From Methanobacteriota archaeon (GTDB taxonomy: Archaea; Thermoplasmatota; Poseidoniia; Poseidoniales; Thalassarchaeaceae), in assembly GCA_014239955.1 (NCBI GenBank), contig JAAZXW010000011.1:1-64000 (forward strand): a stretch of 64,000 nt of DNA. Reading direction: 5' to 3'. Positions 38,734-48,085 of the stretch are shown one piece after another. A model generated the notes under the pieces. The model was not told the DNA's origin. It was given only the letters and a program-made list of their open reading frames with translations, and ran no database searches. How positions within the stretch are numbered: the stretch's first letter is position 1; each line of letters begins with the position of its first letter. The translations under genes and the position numbers were made by a program.

Positions 38734-39945
38734 TTAGAGGGACTGCTTCAGACACTCCGCAAGGAACTCATACTCTTCGACACTGTTGTAAAGTTGTGCT
38801 GATATCCTGATGTATCTTCGGTTATGATGCCTCCATGGGAAAACAGGTACTTGGATTCCGAACTCATCTAGAAGGTAGTTGTGAAACGGATCCCCCTCCA
38901 TGCCCATGGGCCCTATCTCCACATCCCCAGGCATCTCTACTGATGCTATTGAGGAAACCAATGAATCAGGAACGGGTTCGGTTGTTCCAAGTGCATCACA
39001 GAGGATTTGCCTTCCCTCGAGGGCTAGTAACCTGTTTCTTTTCATTATTGCCGGCCACCCTCCTTCCACAAGTCCTTCTAGGAAATCAATTGCTAGCGGG
39101 ATACATAGCCAAGGTGTAGGATCTTGGGTCCCAGGCCAACCAAATTCGAACTCGAACTTTTCTTGGGCGGTCCCCTCGAAGCTTGCACCATGACTGATGC
39201 TAAGAGGCCTCACCACCTTCTTGCGATCGGTTCGAATGTGAAGGAAAGCAGAGCCTTTCGGTGTGCAGAGCCATTTGTGGCAATTACCTGTACAGTAGGC
39301 TGCACCTATGTCTCTCAGATCCAAAGGGACGATTCCCGGGCCATGCGCTGCATCAAGTAGGACATCAACGTCCACTTTCTGTAAGCTTTCGACAAGTTTC
39401 TCGAACGGCATCCTCAGTCCGGTGGCGCTGGTCACAGTGTCGATAAGTGCTAGAACGGTTCGTTCTGTTACAGCACCCATAACCAGATCAACTACTTCCT
39501 CAGTATTCTCCACTCTGAATGGGATTTCCACAACTACTGTCTCCGCACCTGCTCTCTCTGTCACGAAGTCGACCGCATTCCAGCATGCCTGATAGCTGTG
39601 ATTGGTTACGATAATCTCATCCCCTGGCTTGAGGTCAATGCTCCTGAGTACTGTGTTTACTCCTTCTGTAGTATTTTTCACGAAGGCCAACCCTTCTGGT
39701 TCGGCATTCATGAATTTTGCAAGTCTTCTGATTGAGGATCTCATCAGTGGGATGTAGTCCCTTTCAAAGAATCTGACCGGGTCGCTCTCGATCATCCCTC
39801 TGAGCCTTGTTTGCTCTTCAAGAATGGCGATGGGTGTGGCTCCGAAGGAGCCGTGATTCAGAAAACAAGTGTCCTCGGACAACATCCAGTGTTCAGCTAA
39901 TTCACTCCTCTGTGGCCTGTTCACACTAATATCTCCGGCCTCCAA
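38734..39945 (-). CDS. Class V (fold type I) PLP-dependent aminotransferase, isopenicillin-N-epimerase/cysteine-desulfurase-like
   Basis: FLNHGSFGATP N-terminus; a PLP-lysine region (CHKWL) in the AT-V arrangement. Confidence 0.6.
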   Translation of the reverse strand: MEAGDISVNRPQRSELAEHWMLSEDTCFLNHGSFGATPIAILEEQTRLRGMIESDPVRFFERDYIPLMRSSIRRLAKFMNAEPEGLAFVKNTTEGVNTVLRSIDLKPGDEIIVTNHSYQACWNAVDFVTERAGAETVVVEIPFRVENTEEVVDLVMGAVTERTVLALIDTVTSATGLRMPFEKLVESLQKVDVDVLLDAAHGPGIVPLDLRDIGAAYCTGNCHKWLCTPKGSAFLHIRTDRKKVVRPLSISHGASFEGTAQEKFEFEFGWPGTQDPTPWLCIPLAIDFLEGLVEGGWPAIMKRNRLLALEGRQILCDALGTTEPVPDSLVSSIASVEMPGDVEIGPMGMEGDPFHNYLLDEFGIQVPVFPWRHHNRRYIRISAQLYNSVEEYEFLAECLKQSL

Positions 39946-40607
39946 TCAACAGGTCCCAATGGCACTCTTCCAAGATTCTCCTCGCAAGTCAGGATTAGGC
40001 TCTTCTCCATCCTATCGACGTCTAGGGGCTGGCCTTCGTTGTCGTTCACATAACCCAGTTGTGAAAGGCTAGTATGCGTACCAGCTTCAATGCCGCAGAA
40101 CTCCAATCCTTCAACCCTGTTTTCAGGTGTGTCTATGTTGATGGATATCCCATGGCGACTAACCCAGTGTAGGAAAGAGAGCCCGATCGAGCAAATCTTG
40201 TGACCATCAACCCAGGCACCCTGCATCGCTTCGTCCTTGTAAGCTGAAATCCCGCATTCCAATAGGGCTGCTATCACCCAGTCTTCTAGCCTCCCGATAA
40301 TCCCTCTGATGCTCTGTTCCTCAATATCCCATTTCACAATTGGATATGCGACAAGCTGCCCAGGGCCATGCCAAGTAATGCCCCCTCCCCTGTCTGTGGG
40401 TGAAGTCGGATACCCTTCCACGATGACGTTGTCACGGACCGCCTTGGGTCCAATTGTCACTACTTCTGGGTGTTGGACAAATATCAGAGTGTCACTAATG
40501 TCGCCCGCTATCCTCTTCTTTTGTAGGTCCTTCATAGTCTGGGCCATTACGCGATAATCAACTACTCCGCATCTTAGAACGTTTATTCCGTCAATTCGAT
40601 CACTCAA
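39921..40607 (-). CDS. lipB: Octanoyl/lipoyl transferase (LipB-like)
   Basis: RGGGITWHGPGQLVAYPIV (LipB RGG..T.HGPGQ motif) and HKICSIGL (the K-I-x-x-x-G acyl-enzyme lysine region). Confidence 0.65.
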   Translation of the reverse strand: MSDRIDGINVLRCGVVDYRVMAQTMKDLQKKRIAGDISDTLIFVQHPEVVTIGPKAVRDNVIVEGYPTSPTDRGGGITWHGPGQLVAYPIVKWDIEEQSIRGIIGRLEDWVIAALLECGISAYKDEAMQGAWVDGHKICSIGLSFLHWVSRHGISINIDTPENRVEGLEFCGIEAGTHTSLSQLGYVNDNEGQPLDVDRMEKSLILTCEENLGRVPLGPVDWRPEILV

Positions 40608-42040
40608 CTGATGTGGATGGCATGTCCAAGGGTCTTGAGTACGCTCTCATGGAATGCCTCGGACATCGTGGGATGGGCATGAACCGTTCCAGCCACGTCC
40701 TCCAGAAGTGCTCCCATTTCGAGCGCCAATACGAATTCTGAGTGAAGCTCGGCTACATGGCTTCCTACAGCTTGAACTCCAAGAATTACGTGATCAGATT
40801 CCCTTGCCGTGACTCGAATGAAACCCCCGGTTTTTTCTGCCTCTAGGCTCAATGCCCTACCATTAGCCGCAAGTGGGAACTTGCCAACTATTACCTCCTC
40901 GCCCCTTTCCTTCGCTTCATCTGGGGTGAGGCCGACTGAAACGATCTCAGGCTCAGTGAAGACAATCGCGGGAATGGCAACTTTGTCGAATTCACGCTTG
41001 TGCCCGGCAATAATCTCTGCTACCATCTCCCCCTCTGCACTAGCCTTGTGGGCCAGCATAGGCTCACCTGAGACGTCACCAATGGCAAACACCCCGGGAA
41101 CCGATGTTCTGCATTGCCTGTCCGTTCTGATGAAACGCCCCGAGCCATCCATCCTTACTCCGGTGTTTTCTAGTCCCCATCCCTTGGTATTGGGCTTCCT
41201 CCCCACTGTGACTAGGACTTTGTCCACCTTCACCTTGTGCTCCAAGCCTTCTTTCTCAAAGGTCAACTCAACCTTTCTTGATGCACCCTTGCCCTTGACT
41301 TCTGCACCCCTTGCCAGGGAGTCTGTATGGATCGTCACCTTGTGTTTCTTTAGCCACATTTCCAACGGCCTCCTGATTTCTTTGTCCATTATTGCCAATA
41401 CGTTGCTCAAACCCTCAACGACAGTTACTTCAGCTCCAAGTTTTGCAAGTGCGCAACCCAACTCGAGGCCAATATAGCCCCCTCCAACAATTGCCACGCT
41501 CTTTGGTAGCGTATCCAGGTCCAATGCCCCAGTCGAGGAGAGCACGAACTCTTCGTCACATGGCATGAATGGCAAGTCTATGTGGCTTGAACCAGTGGCG
41601 ATTATGACATTCTCTGCTTCTATCTTTACCTTGTCACCATCATTGTCTACGGTGCAACTCTTGGGGCCATCAAAACTGGCCCACCCTTTGATCAAATTCG
41701 CTCCAGCAGCTTTCAGAAGACCCTCGACACCCTTGTTCAGCCTATCCACAATGGAATCCTTCCAAGACACCAGTGCACCCATGTCGACCTCCGCCTCGCC
41801 ACTCACGGTTAGGCCCATGTGGCCCCCCTCTGCAGAATGCTGGCGTAGAGATTCGAACCTCTCTGCAGCGTGTATGATCGCCTTGCTAGGTATACACCCC
41901 CTAATCAGGCATGTCCCACCCGCTTTGTCACCCTCAACTACAATTGTATCTAGGCCTAGTTGCGCTGACCTGATTCCCGCTACGTAGCCACCCGGGCCAG
42001 CCCCAACTACCAAGACTTGGCACTTGCGTGATTCAGCCAT
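40604..42040 (-). CDS. lpdA: Dihydrolipoyl dehydrogenase (E3)
   Basis: GAGPGGYVAGIRSAQLG (FAD), redox disulfide GTCLIRGCIPSK, NAD site, and interface-domain His. Confidence 0.9.
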   Translation of the reverse strand: MAESRKCQVLVVGAGPGGYVAGIRSAQLGLDTIVVEGDKAGGTCLIRGCIPSKAIIHAAERFESLRQHSAEGGHMGLTVSGEAEVDMGALVSWKDSIVDRLNKGVEGLLKAAGANLIKGWASFDGPKSCTVDNDGDKVKIEAENVIIATGSSHIDLPFMPCDEEFVLSSTGALDLDTLPKSVAIVGGGYIGLELGCALAKLGAEVTVVEGLSNVLAIMDKEIRRPLEMWLKKHKVTIHTDSLARGAEVKGKGASRKVELTFEKEGLEHKVKVDKVLVTVGRKPNTKGWGLENTGVRMDGSGRFIRTDRQCRTSVPGVFAIGDVSGEPMLAHKASAEGEMVAEIIAGHKREFDKVAIPAIVFTEPEIVSVGLTPDEAKERGEEVIVGKFPLAANGRALSLEAEKTGGFIRVTARESDHVILGVQAVGSHVAELHSEFVLALEMGALLEDVAGTVHAHPTMSEAFHESVLKTLGHAIHIS

Positions 42041-42049
42041 TTTAGCCCC

Positions 42050-43276
42050 TCACATGAAAATGAGTGCTGGTGTTTCCAGCATTCTCTTGAGGTCCTGTAT
42101 TAGAGATGCACCGTCCGCACCATCGACCACTCTGTGGTCAAAGGCACTTGATAGATTCATGATTCTCCGAACTACTATCTCCCCATTTCTGACAACGGGC
42201 ATCTCTCTCGCCTTGTGGACACCTAGGATGGCAACCTCTGGGTGGTTGATGATTGGTGTTGCTCCCAAGCCACCTTCGCGTCCCAGACTTGTTATCGTGA
42301 AAGTGGAACCAGTTAACTCGTCCAGGCTTGCGCTTCCATTTTTTGCAGATCCAGATACTCTCTGCATTTCTAATGCAGTGCTCCAGATATCCATGGACTC
42401 GACGTGCTTCACCACTGGGACATACAGGCCCCGTTCTGTCTGAGTAGCAATTCCTAGGTTCACTGCTCCCTGCCTGTTCACCACTCCCCCTTCGTCATCG
42501 AAGTGGGCATTACATTCGGGATGATCTGGCATGATCTTTGCAAGAGTCAGCATGATGAATGGGAGATAAGTCAACTTCGGCTGAGTTTCGTCCTTTGTTG
42601 TATTCAGAACCCGCCTCAACGACTCTAATTCGGTAATATCCACTTCTTCGAAATATGAGAAGTGAGGTATTCTACTCTTAGAGAGGCTCATTTGCTCTGA
42701 TATTTTCCTCATCAGTCCGACAACTTTCACCGGCGTCACTTCGGTTCTTTTCACTGAGTAGGCCATTGGCGGAGCCCCAGAAATTGCACCTCCTGCAGCA
42801 ATGAAGGCATCCAAATCAGCGTGCCTAACTCTTCCAGCGGGGCCCGAGCCTCTAACGTTGGATAGATCAACATCATTTTCCCTAGCACGCTTCCTTACTG
42901 CAGGACTCGCAAGGACTCGTCCGATGTCAGCTTTCATCGACGCCACAGGGACTGGAGTTTCTGGGGCTGGAGTCGGAGCTGTAGGCTCGATTTCCTCTTC
43001 TGCACTCTTTTCTTCCTCCTCGGGTACTTCTCCTCCCTCGGAGTCAATCTCTAGGAGAGTTTTCCCCACAGCAATCATGTCCCCAACCCCTCCGCTGAGT
43101 GAACTGATTACTCCACTGGTTGGAGAAGGTATGGTGACTGTTGCCTTATCCGTCATAACATCCACAAGAGGGTCATCCTCGGATACTGATTCTCCAACCG
43201 AAACGTGCCATTGGACTACTTCTCCTTCTACTACCCCCTCTCCGATGTCAGGCAACTTAAACACGAATTTTCCCAT
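42050..43276 (-). CDS. Dihydrolipoamide acyltransferase (E2) of a 2-oxoacid dehydrogenase complex
   Basis: Lipoyl domain (DIGEGVVEGEVVQW...VMTDKATV); Pro/Glu/Ala linker; catalytic DHRVVDGA. Confidence 0.85.
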   Translation of the reverse strand: MGKFVFKLPDIGEGVVEGEVVQWHVSVGESVSEDDPLVDVMTDKATVTIPSPTSGVISSLSGGVGDMIAVGKTLLEIDSEGGEVPEEEEKSAEEEIEPTAPTPAPETPVPVASMKADIGRVLASPAVRKRARENDVDLSNVRGSGPAGRVRHADLDAFIAAGGAISGAPPMAYSVKRTEVTPVKVVGLMRKISEQMSLSKSRIPHFSYFEEVDITELESLRRVLNTTKDETQPKLTYLPFIMLTLAKIMPDHPECNAHFDDEGGVVNRQGAVNLGIATQTERGLYVPVVKHVESMDIWSTALEMQRVSGSAKNGSASLDELTGSTFTITSLGREGGLGATPIINHPEVAILGVHKAREMPVVRNGEIVVRRIMNLSSAFDHRVVDGADGASLIQDLKRMLETPALIFM

Positions 43277-43277
43277 T

Positions 43278-44297
43278 CTAATCCTCCTGTGTTTTTGCTA
43301 TTGCCGCCGCGATTCTAGATGGTCCGGGCATGTAATCCCATTCAGTAGTATGGGGGAACGGAGTGTCCCAACCGGCAACCCTCTCAATGGGGGCCTCAAG
43401 GTGATAGAAGCACCTCTCTTGGATGGAAGCTGCCATTTCCGCACCGAATCCACTAGTCTTCGGGGCTTCGTGGACGATCACGCACCTTCCTGTCTTCTCA
43501 ATGGAACTTACAACTGCATCTCTGTCCCATGGCACTAGGGTCTGCATGTCTATCAGATCGCATGAGACGCTGCTGTCCTTGATTGCTTGTTCACAAACAT
43601 GGACCATGGCACCCCATGAAATTACCGTGCAATCATCCCCTTGTTTCGCTAATCTTGCTTGCCCAAGCGGGATTTTATAGTGACTCTCGGGAACTTCTGC
43701 CTCCGGGTGATCTGACCAAGTGGGTACGTTGTGGGGGTCTCCGTAGAAAGGCCCCCTATAGCATCTCTTGGGTTCGAAGAAAACAACTGGATCGTTGCAC
43801 TCAACTGCACTAATTAGCAACCCTTTGGCATTGTAAGGTGTCGAGCAGTAAACAACTTTCAGCCCGGGTGTGTGTGTGAATTGAGACTCGGGGGATTGTG
43901 AATGGTGGTGCCCCCCTCTGATCCCACCACCAGCCGGGGTTCGAAGGGTGACTGGTGACCAAAACTCGCCACCAGACCTATGCCTAACTTTGGCCATCTC
44001 ATTTACAATCTGGTCATAAGCAGGGAAGATGTAGTCGGCGAACTGAATTTCCACTATAGGCCTGAGGCCATTAAGGCCCATCCCAAATGCAGTTGCTGCA
44101 ATTCCGCCTTCCGACAAGGGGGAGTCGAAAACACGATGTTCACCATGCTTCTCTTGTAACCCATCAGTCGTCCTGAAGACTCCCCCGAAGTATCCAACGT
44201 CCTCTCCAAATACGATGACATCAGAGTCATTCTCAAGCAAGTTATCAAGCGCACTATTTAGGGATTGAATCATATTCATGTTGGTCATTTCAACCAC
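43278..44297 (-). CDS. 2-oxoacid dehydrogenase E1 component, beta subunit
   Basis: Transketolase-like pyrimidine-binding and C-terminal domains. Confidence 0.8.
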   Translation of the reverse strand: MVEMTNMNMIQSLNSALDNLLENDSDVIVFGEDVGYFGGVFRTTDGLQEKHGEHRVFDSPLSEGGIAATAFGMGLNGLRPIVEIQFADYIFPAYDQIVNEMAKVRHRSGGEFWSPVTLRTPAGGGIRGGHHHSQSPESQFTHTPGLKVVYCSTPYNAKGLLISAVECNDPVVFFEPKRCYRGPFYGDPHNVPTWSDHPEAEVPESHYKIPLGQARLAKQGDDCTVISWGAMVHVCEQAIKDSSVSCDLIDMQTLVPWDRDAVVSSIEKTGRCVIVHEAPKTSGFGAEMAASIQERCFYHLEAPIERVAGWDTPFPHTTEWDYMPGPSRIAAAIAKTQED

Positions 44298-45525
44298 CCA
44301 TTAGTTCGTCATGCTGTTCTTTCAGATGCCATGGCATCTCTTCGTAAACCTCGGTGAAAATTGTATCGGCCGAGGGGTATGGGCCATTGGCCAGATCACC
44401 GAATTTGACGGCTTCCTTGTAAGCATCCACTACCTCGGTATCGATCCTTTCCTCCATTTCTTTGTGTCTATCCTCGCTCCACTCTCCCAAATTAATCAGG
44501 TGTTCTTTCAGCCTAGTTATCGGATCCCCGCCTGGCCATTTCGTATGTTCGTCCTTTGGCCTGTATCTGCTGGGATCGTCACTGCTACTGTGCGCTCCCG
44601 TTCTGTAAGTCAGAACCTCAATGTGGGTCGCCCCGGATCCCGAAGATGCCCTTTCGCGTGCCCATTTGGTTACTGAATAGAGTGCTAGGAAGTCATTCCC
44701 ATCAACTCTAATCGATGCAAGCCCGTAGGGAATTCCCCTGCATGCGAAGTTATCCATTCCTGTGGCGAAGTTAGCATGTGTCGAAATTGCCCACTGATTG
44801 TTTACCACATTGAGAATTACCGGTGCTTTGAATACACTTGCGAAGTTTAACGCATAGTGGTAATCTCCTTCAGCGCTCGCACCATCTCCGATCCACGTGA
44901 TGGTCACTTCGTCCAGTCCCTTGTAACTTGACGCGAGACCTACGCCAACCGCCTGGCTGAATTGTGTTCCAACAGGGCTAGAAATCGAAATAAATCTGCC
45001 CTCTCGATATGAATAGTGTACTGGCATTTGCCTCCCCTTGATGTTGTCCTCTATGTTTCCAATGCAGTGACAAATCATGCTAACCATCCCCCTCCCTCTG
45101 ACGAATTGCGCCCCTGGTTGCCTGTATGTCGGGAATATCCAATCCTGTTCTTCCAATGCCATAGTTTGCGCAATCGCCACTGCCTCCTCGCCTAACGACC
45201 TCATGTAGAATGAAAGCAAACCTGTCCGTTGCATCTTCATCATCCTGTCATCGAATATCCTCAACCTCGCCATGTGCTCTAGCCCGGTTCGGAGTTGATC
45301 TGCAGAGAGTCCGGGATCCCATTCTCCAGAGGCATTACCATCGTCATCGAGCACCCTTACTAGCCCGTTTGCTAGGTCTACAGTGTCCTCGGATCGACAA
45401 TTCTTTGGATCGGGCTTCGGCAAGTCACCAGGTTTCCACGGCCAGTCCTCGAAGCTCGCTTGCTCCCCGGGCCTGAAAGGCGCATCGGGGACGTGGATTT
45501 TTCCATCATTGCCCTTAGACCCCAC
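44290..45525 (-). CDS. 2-oxoacid dehydrogenase E1 component, alpha subunit (TPP-binding)
   Basis: TPP motif GDGASAEGDYHYALNFA; 8-nt overlap with the beta subunit. Confidence 0.8.
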   Translation of the reverse strand: MGSKGNDGKIHVPDAPFRPGEQASFEDWPWKPGDLPKPDPKNCRSEDTVDLANGLVRVLDDDGNASGEWDPGLSADQLRTGLEHMARLRIFDDRMMKMQRTGLLSFYMRSLGEEAVAIAQTMALEEQDWIFPTYRQPGAQFVRGRGMVSMICHCIGNIEDNIKGRQMPVHYSYREGRFISISSPVGTQFSQAVGVGLASSYKGLDEVTITWIGDGASAEGDYHYALNFASVFKAPVILNVVNNQWAISTHANFATGMDNFACRGIPYGLASIRVDGNDFLALYSVTKWARERASSGSGATHIEVLTYRTGAHSSSDDPSRYRPKDEHTKWPGGDPITRLKEHLINLGEWSEDRHKEMEERIDTEVVDAYKEAVKFGDLANGPYPSADTIFTEVYEEMPWHLKEQHDELMGG

Positions 45526-45543
45526 GATGATTTCCTCCTGTAA

Positions 45544-46638
45544 TCATGAATTATCAACCTCTGCTGCAACCAATCTCTCCGATGACAGGATGCGACTAAC
45601 TGCCGAACCAGTCGAGTCACGAGTAACCACTGGTTCGCCCCCGATTGCCTCTTCCCATAGTAGACCTGCCCTATAGCTCGATCTAACTAGGGGTCCGCTA
45701 GCCACTGCACTGAAACCTAGTTCCCTAGCGAAGCTATCCCAATCTGCAAATCTATCTGGCTCCGGAAACCTATCTACTGGGAGGTGTCTGAAGCTAGGTT
45801 GTAGATACTGCCCTAGTGTAATCATGTCCACTCCGGCCCCACGAATCATTTCCATTGCCTCTATGATCTCTTCATCTGTTTCTCCCAAACCAACCATCAG
45901 ACTAGTCTTTGTAAGCAGGTCAGGACGAATTTCCTTTGCCGTTCTCAGAATCTCAAGTGACTGAACAAATGAAGCTCTGTGATCCCGAACAACAATGTCT
46001 AGTCGAGGGACACATTCGACATTGTGTGCAAATACTCTCAGAGGTAATCCATCCAACAGTGCATCCAGGGCCTCGAGATTTCCGTCTAAATCTGAACAAA
46101 GTAGCTCCAATCCGACGTTTGGATTATTCTTCGCAACTTCTATGATACAATCTCTGTAGTGAATCGCCCCGCCGTCTGGTAGGTCATCTCTGTTCACTAC
46201 CGTGATTACTGCATAGCTAAGGCCCATTTTGGATACTGCATCAGCTAACTCACGAGGCTCTTCAGGATTGAGTTTCGAAGGGGTCCTAACAGTTCCGACT
46301 GCACAGAATCTGCACCCTCTGGTGCAGACTTCTCCCGCAATCATGAAGGTCGCCGTACCCCTGCCCCAACAGTCGTGAACATTTGGGCACCTTGCCTCTT
46401 CGCAGACAGTATTCAACCCGTGAGCCAACACATTCTCCTTTGTTTCGTTGTACCTCGACTGAGCTAGACCCGTTGGAAGAGACGTCTTGAACCAAGAAGG
46501 GAGACGCTTCCTCATTTTTTTCCTCTTATTTAGAGGGCTAATTGTAGTCGCACTTCCACAACCTCCAGACACCTCTGTTTCAGAGTCGATGATTGGCAAC
46601 CGCCTCTCCATCGTAATCAACGGATAGAAGAACGACAT
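45544..46638 (-). CDS. lipA: Lipoyl synthase (radical SAM)
   Basis: CEEARCPNVHDCW (auxiliary cluster) and CTRGCRFCAV (radical-SAM CxxxCxxC). Confidence 0.9.
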   Translation of the reverse strand: MSFFYPLITMERRLPIIDSETEVSGGCGSATTISPLNKRKKMRKRLPSWFKTSLPTGLAQSRYNETKENVLAHGLNTVCEEARCPNVHDCWGRGTATFMIAGEVCTRGCRFCAVGTVRTPSKLNPEEPRELADAVSKMGLSYAVITVVNRDDLPDGGAIHYRDCIIEVAKNNPNVGLELLCSDLDGNLEALDALLDGLPLRVFAHNVECVPRLDIVVRDHRASFVQSLEILRTAKEIRPDLLTKTSLMVGLGETDEEIIEAMEMIRGAGVDMITLGQYLQPSFRHLPVDRFPEPDRFADWDSFARELGFSAVASGPLVRSSYRAGLLWEEAIGGEPVVTRDSTGSAVSRILSSERLVAAEVDNS

Positions 46639-46687
46639 TAACCGTTCTCATTGCGAAGTCCCACTTCTTGTGAGCAATTGGTAAAGT

Positions 46688-47467
46688 GTGAGGTCTCTTG
46701 CGCATCACATGCACGGGACAGTTTTGGTAACGGGGGGCGCTAGGAGGATTGGTCGTGAAATATGTTCGAGGCTTTCAGCAGAAGGTTTCCCAGTAGCGAT
46801 CCACTATAGGAATTCCCAACGTGAGGCAAACCTCCTCCTCGAGGAGATAGAGTCCAACGGCGGAAAGGCATGTGCCCTGCATTGCGATCTCAACGATGCC
46901 GATTCTGTGAAAGGCCTGATTAAGAAAGCCACTGAATCATTAGGTGCGGTGGTAGGCATCGTTAACAATGCCTCGTACTTTGCTTTCGACAGAATCGAGA
47001 GCCTCTCCGAAGAAGGATGGTTGGAACATATGAGAGTCAACGCATTCGCGCCCCTAGTCCTAATCGGGGAGTTATCCAAGTCCCCCAAGGAAGGGTCGTG
47101 GGTGGTGAACGTTTTGGATTTCAAGGTAGAATCCCCCAATGCAGATTATCTGTCATATACTAGTTCAAGATTTGCAATGTATGGCTTGACATCTGCACTA
47201 GCAATCGACCTTGCCCCAAGAATCCGAGTCAACTCAGTCGCCCCTGGCCATGTTCTGACTAGCGATGTTCTCGATGAGGATTCTCTCAAACTAGTTCAAT
47301 CCCAATCTCCGCTAGGATTTGGCCCAACTGTTTATGATGTGGCTGAATCAGTAGCTTTCTTGGCCACTTCTCCTTCTATTACCGGCCAAACAATATTCGT
47401 TGACTCGGGGGAGCGCTTTAGGCAGATGTCGCACGATCCAGCATTCGATCAGGAGAATCTCAAATGA
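46688..47467 (+). CDS. SDR-family oxidoreductase, pteridine-reductase (PTR1/FolM)-like; the start is possibly Met 46709
   Basis: VLVTGGARRIGREI resembles the TGxxxRIG motif of the FolM/PTR1 subgroup; overlaps folB by 4 nt. Confidence 0.55.
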   Translation: MRSLAHHMHGTVLVTGGARRIGREICSRLSAEGFPVAIHYRNSQREANLLLEEIESNGGKACALHCDLNDADSVKGLIKKATESLGAVVGIVNNASYFAFDRIESLSEEGWLEHMRVNAFAPLVLIGELSKSPKEGSWVVNVLDFKVESPNADYLSYTSSRFAMYGLTSALAIDLAPRIRVNSVAPGHVLTSDVLDEDSLKLVQSQSPLGFGPTVYDVAESVAFLATSPSITGQTIFVDSGERFRQMSHDPAFDQENLK

Positions 47468-47883
47468 CAATTACTACTCCCCATCTTAGTTCGATAATCG
47501 GAAACCTCGAATCGACGGGATGGACGACCCTGCGGCTTGAAGATGTTGTAATCGAACTAGACATTGGGGCCCATGACTACGAGAAGGGGGTGAAGCAACC
47601 AGTTAGATTCGATATCGAAGTTTTGATCGAAGGCGCCGATGCACCAATTAACGATCACATCGGAGAAGTACTGGATTACGAGTACCTATACCGTTCAATT
47701 GAGTCCGCCATCTCAAAGAGGCATACTCTGGTGGAAACAATTGCTTCATCGATTCTGGATACTATTCTAGAACCAGAGATCGTCGTTGCAGGAGTAGTAT
47801 GCCTGACCAAGGTTTCTCCCATGGGCTTTGATGGGAAGTTTGGGTGCTCATTGGCAAGGGTAAAACCGGACTTAGAGGATTAA
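47464..47883 (+). CDS. folB: Dihydroneopterin aldolase (bacterial FolB type)
   Basis: LRLEDVVIELDIGAHDYEKGVKQPVRFDIEV...GEVLDYEYLYRSI...ETIASSIL matches the FolB tunnel-fold consensus (E..G.....Q......DY). Confidence 0.6.
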   Translation: MTITTPHLSSIIGNLESTGWTTLRLEDVVIELDIGAHDYEKGVKQPVRFDIEVLIEGADAPINDHIGEVLDYEYLYRSIESAISKRHTLVETIASSILDTILEPEIVVAGVVCLTKVSPMGFDGKFGCSLARVKPDLED

Positions 47884-47969
47884 TGGTGCAGGGGATGGGA
47901 TTCGAACCCATGAAGCACTAAGCACCGGAGCTTAAGTCCGGCCCCTTTGACCAACTCGGGTACCCCTGC
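47884..47969 (-). tRNA. tRNA-Leu (anticodon UAA), 86 nt, long variable arm, genomically encoded CCA
   Basis: Reverse complement is GCAGGGG-TA-CCC-GAGTTGGTCAAA-GGG-G-CCGGA-CTTAAGC-TCCGG-(13-nt variable arm)-ATGGG-TTCGAAT-CCCAT-CCCCTGC-A-CCA. The 7-bp acceptor stem, D, anticodon and T stems all pair; the anticodon loop is CU-UAA-GC. Confidence 0.8.
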
Positions 47970-48085
47970 AGCCCAACGAGCCACGACTTTCGATTTCAAC
48001 CGAGCGGACGTTAACGTCCTATAACCGATGCATCCAGTACTCTACTCTCCCGAACTCTTTAACCTCTCGGATACGGCGCACAATC

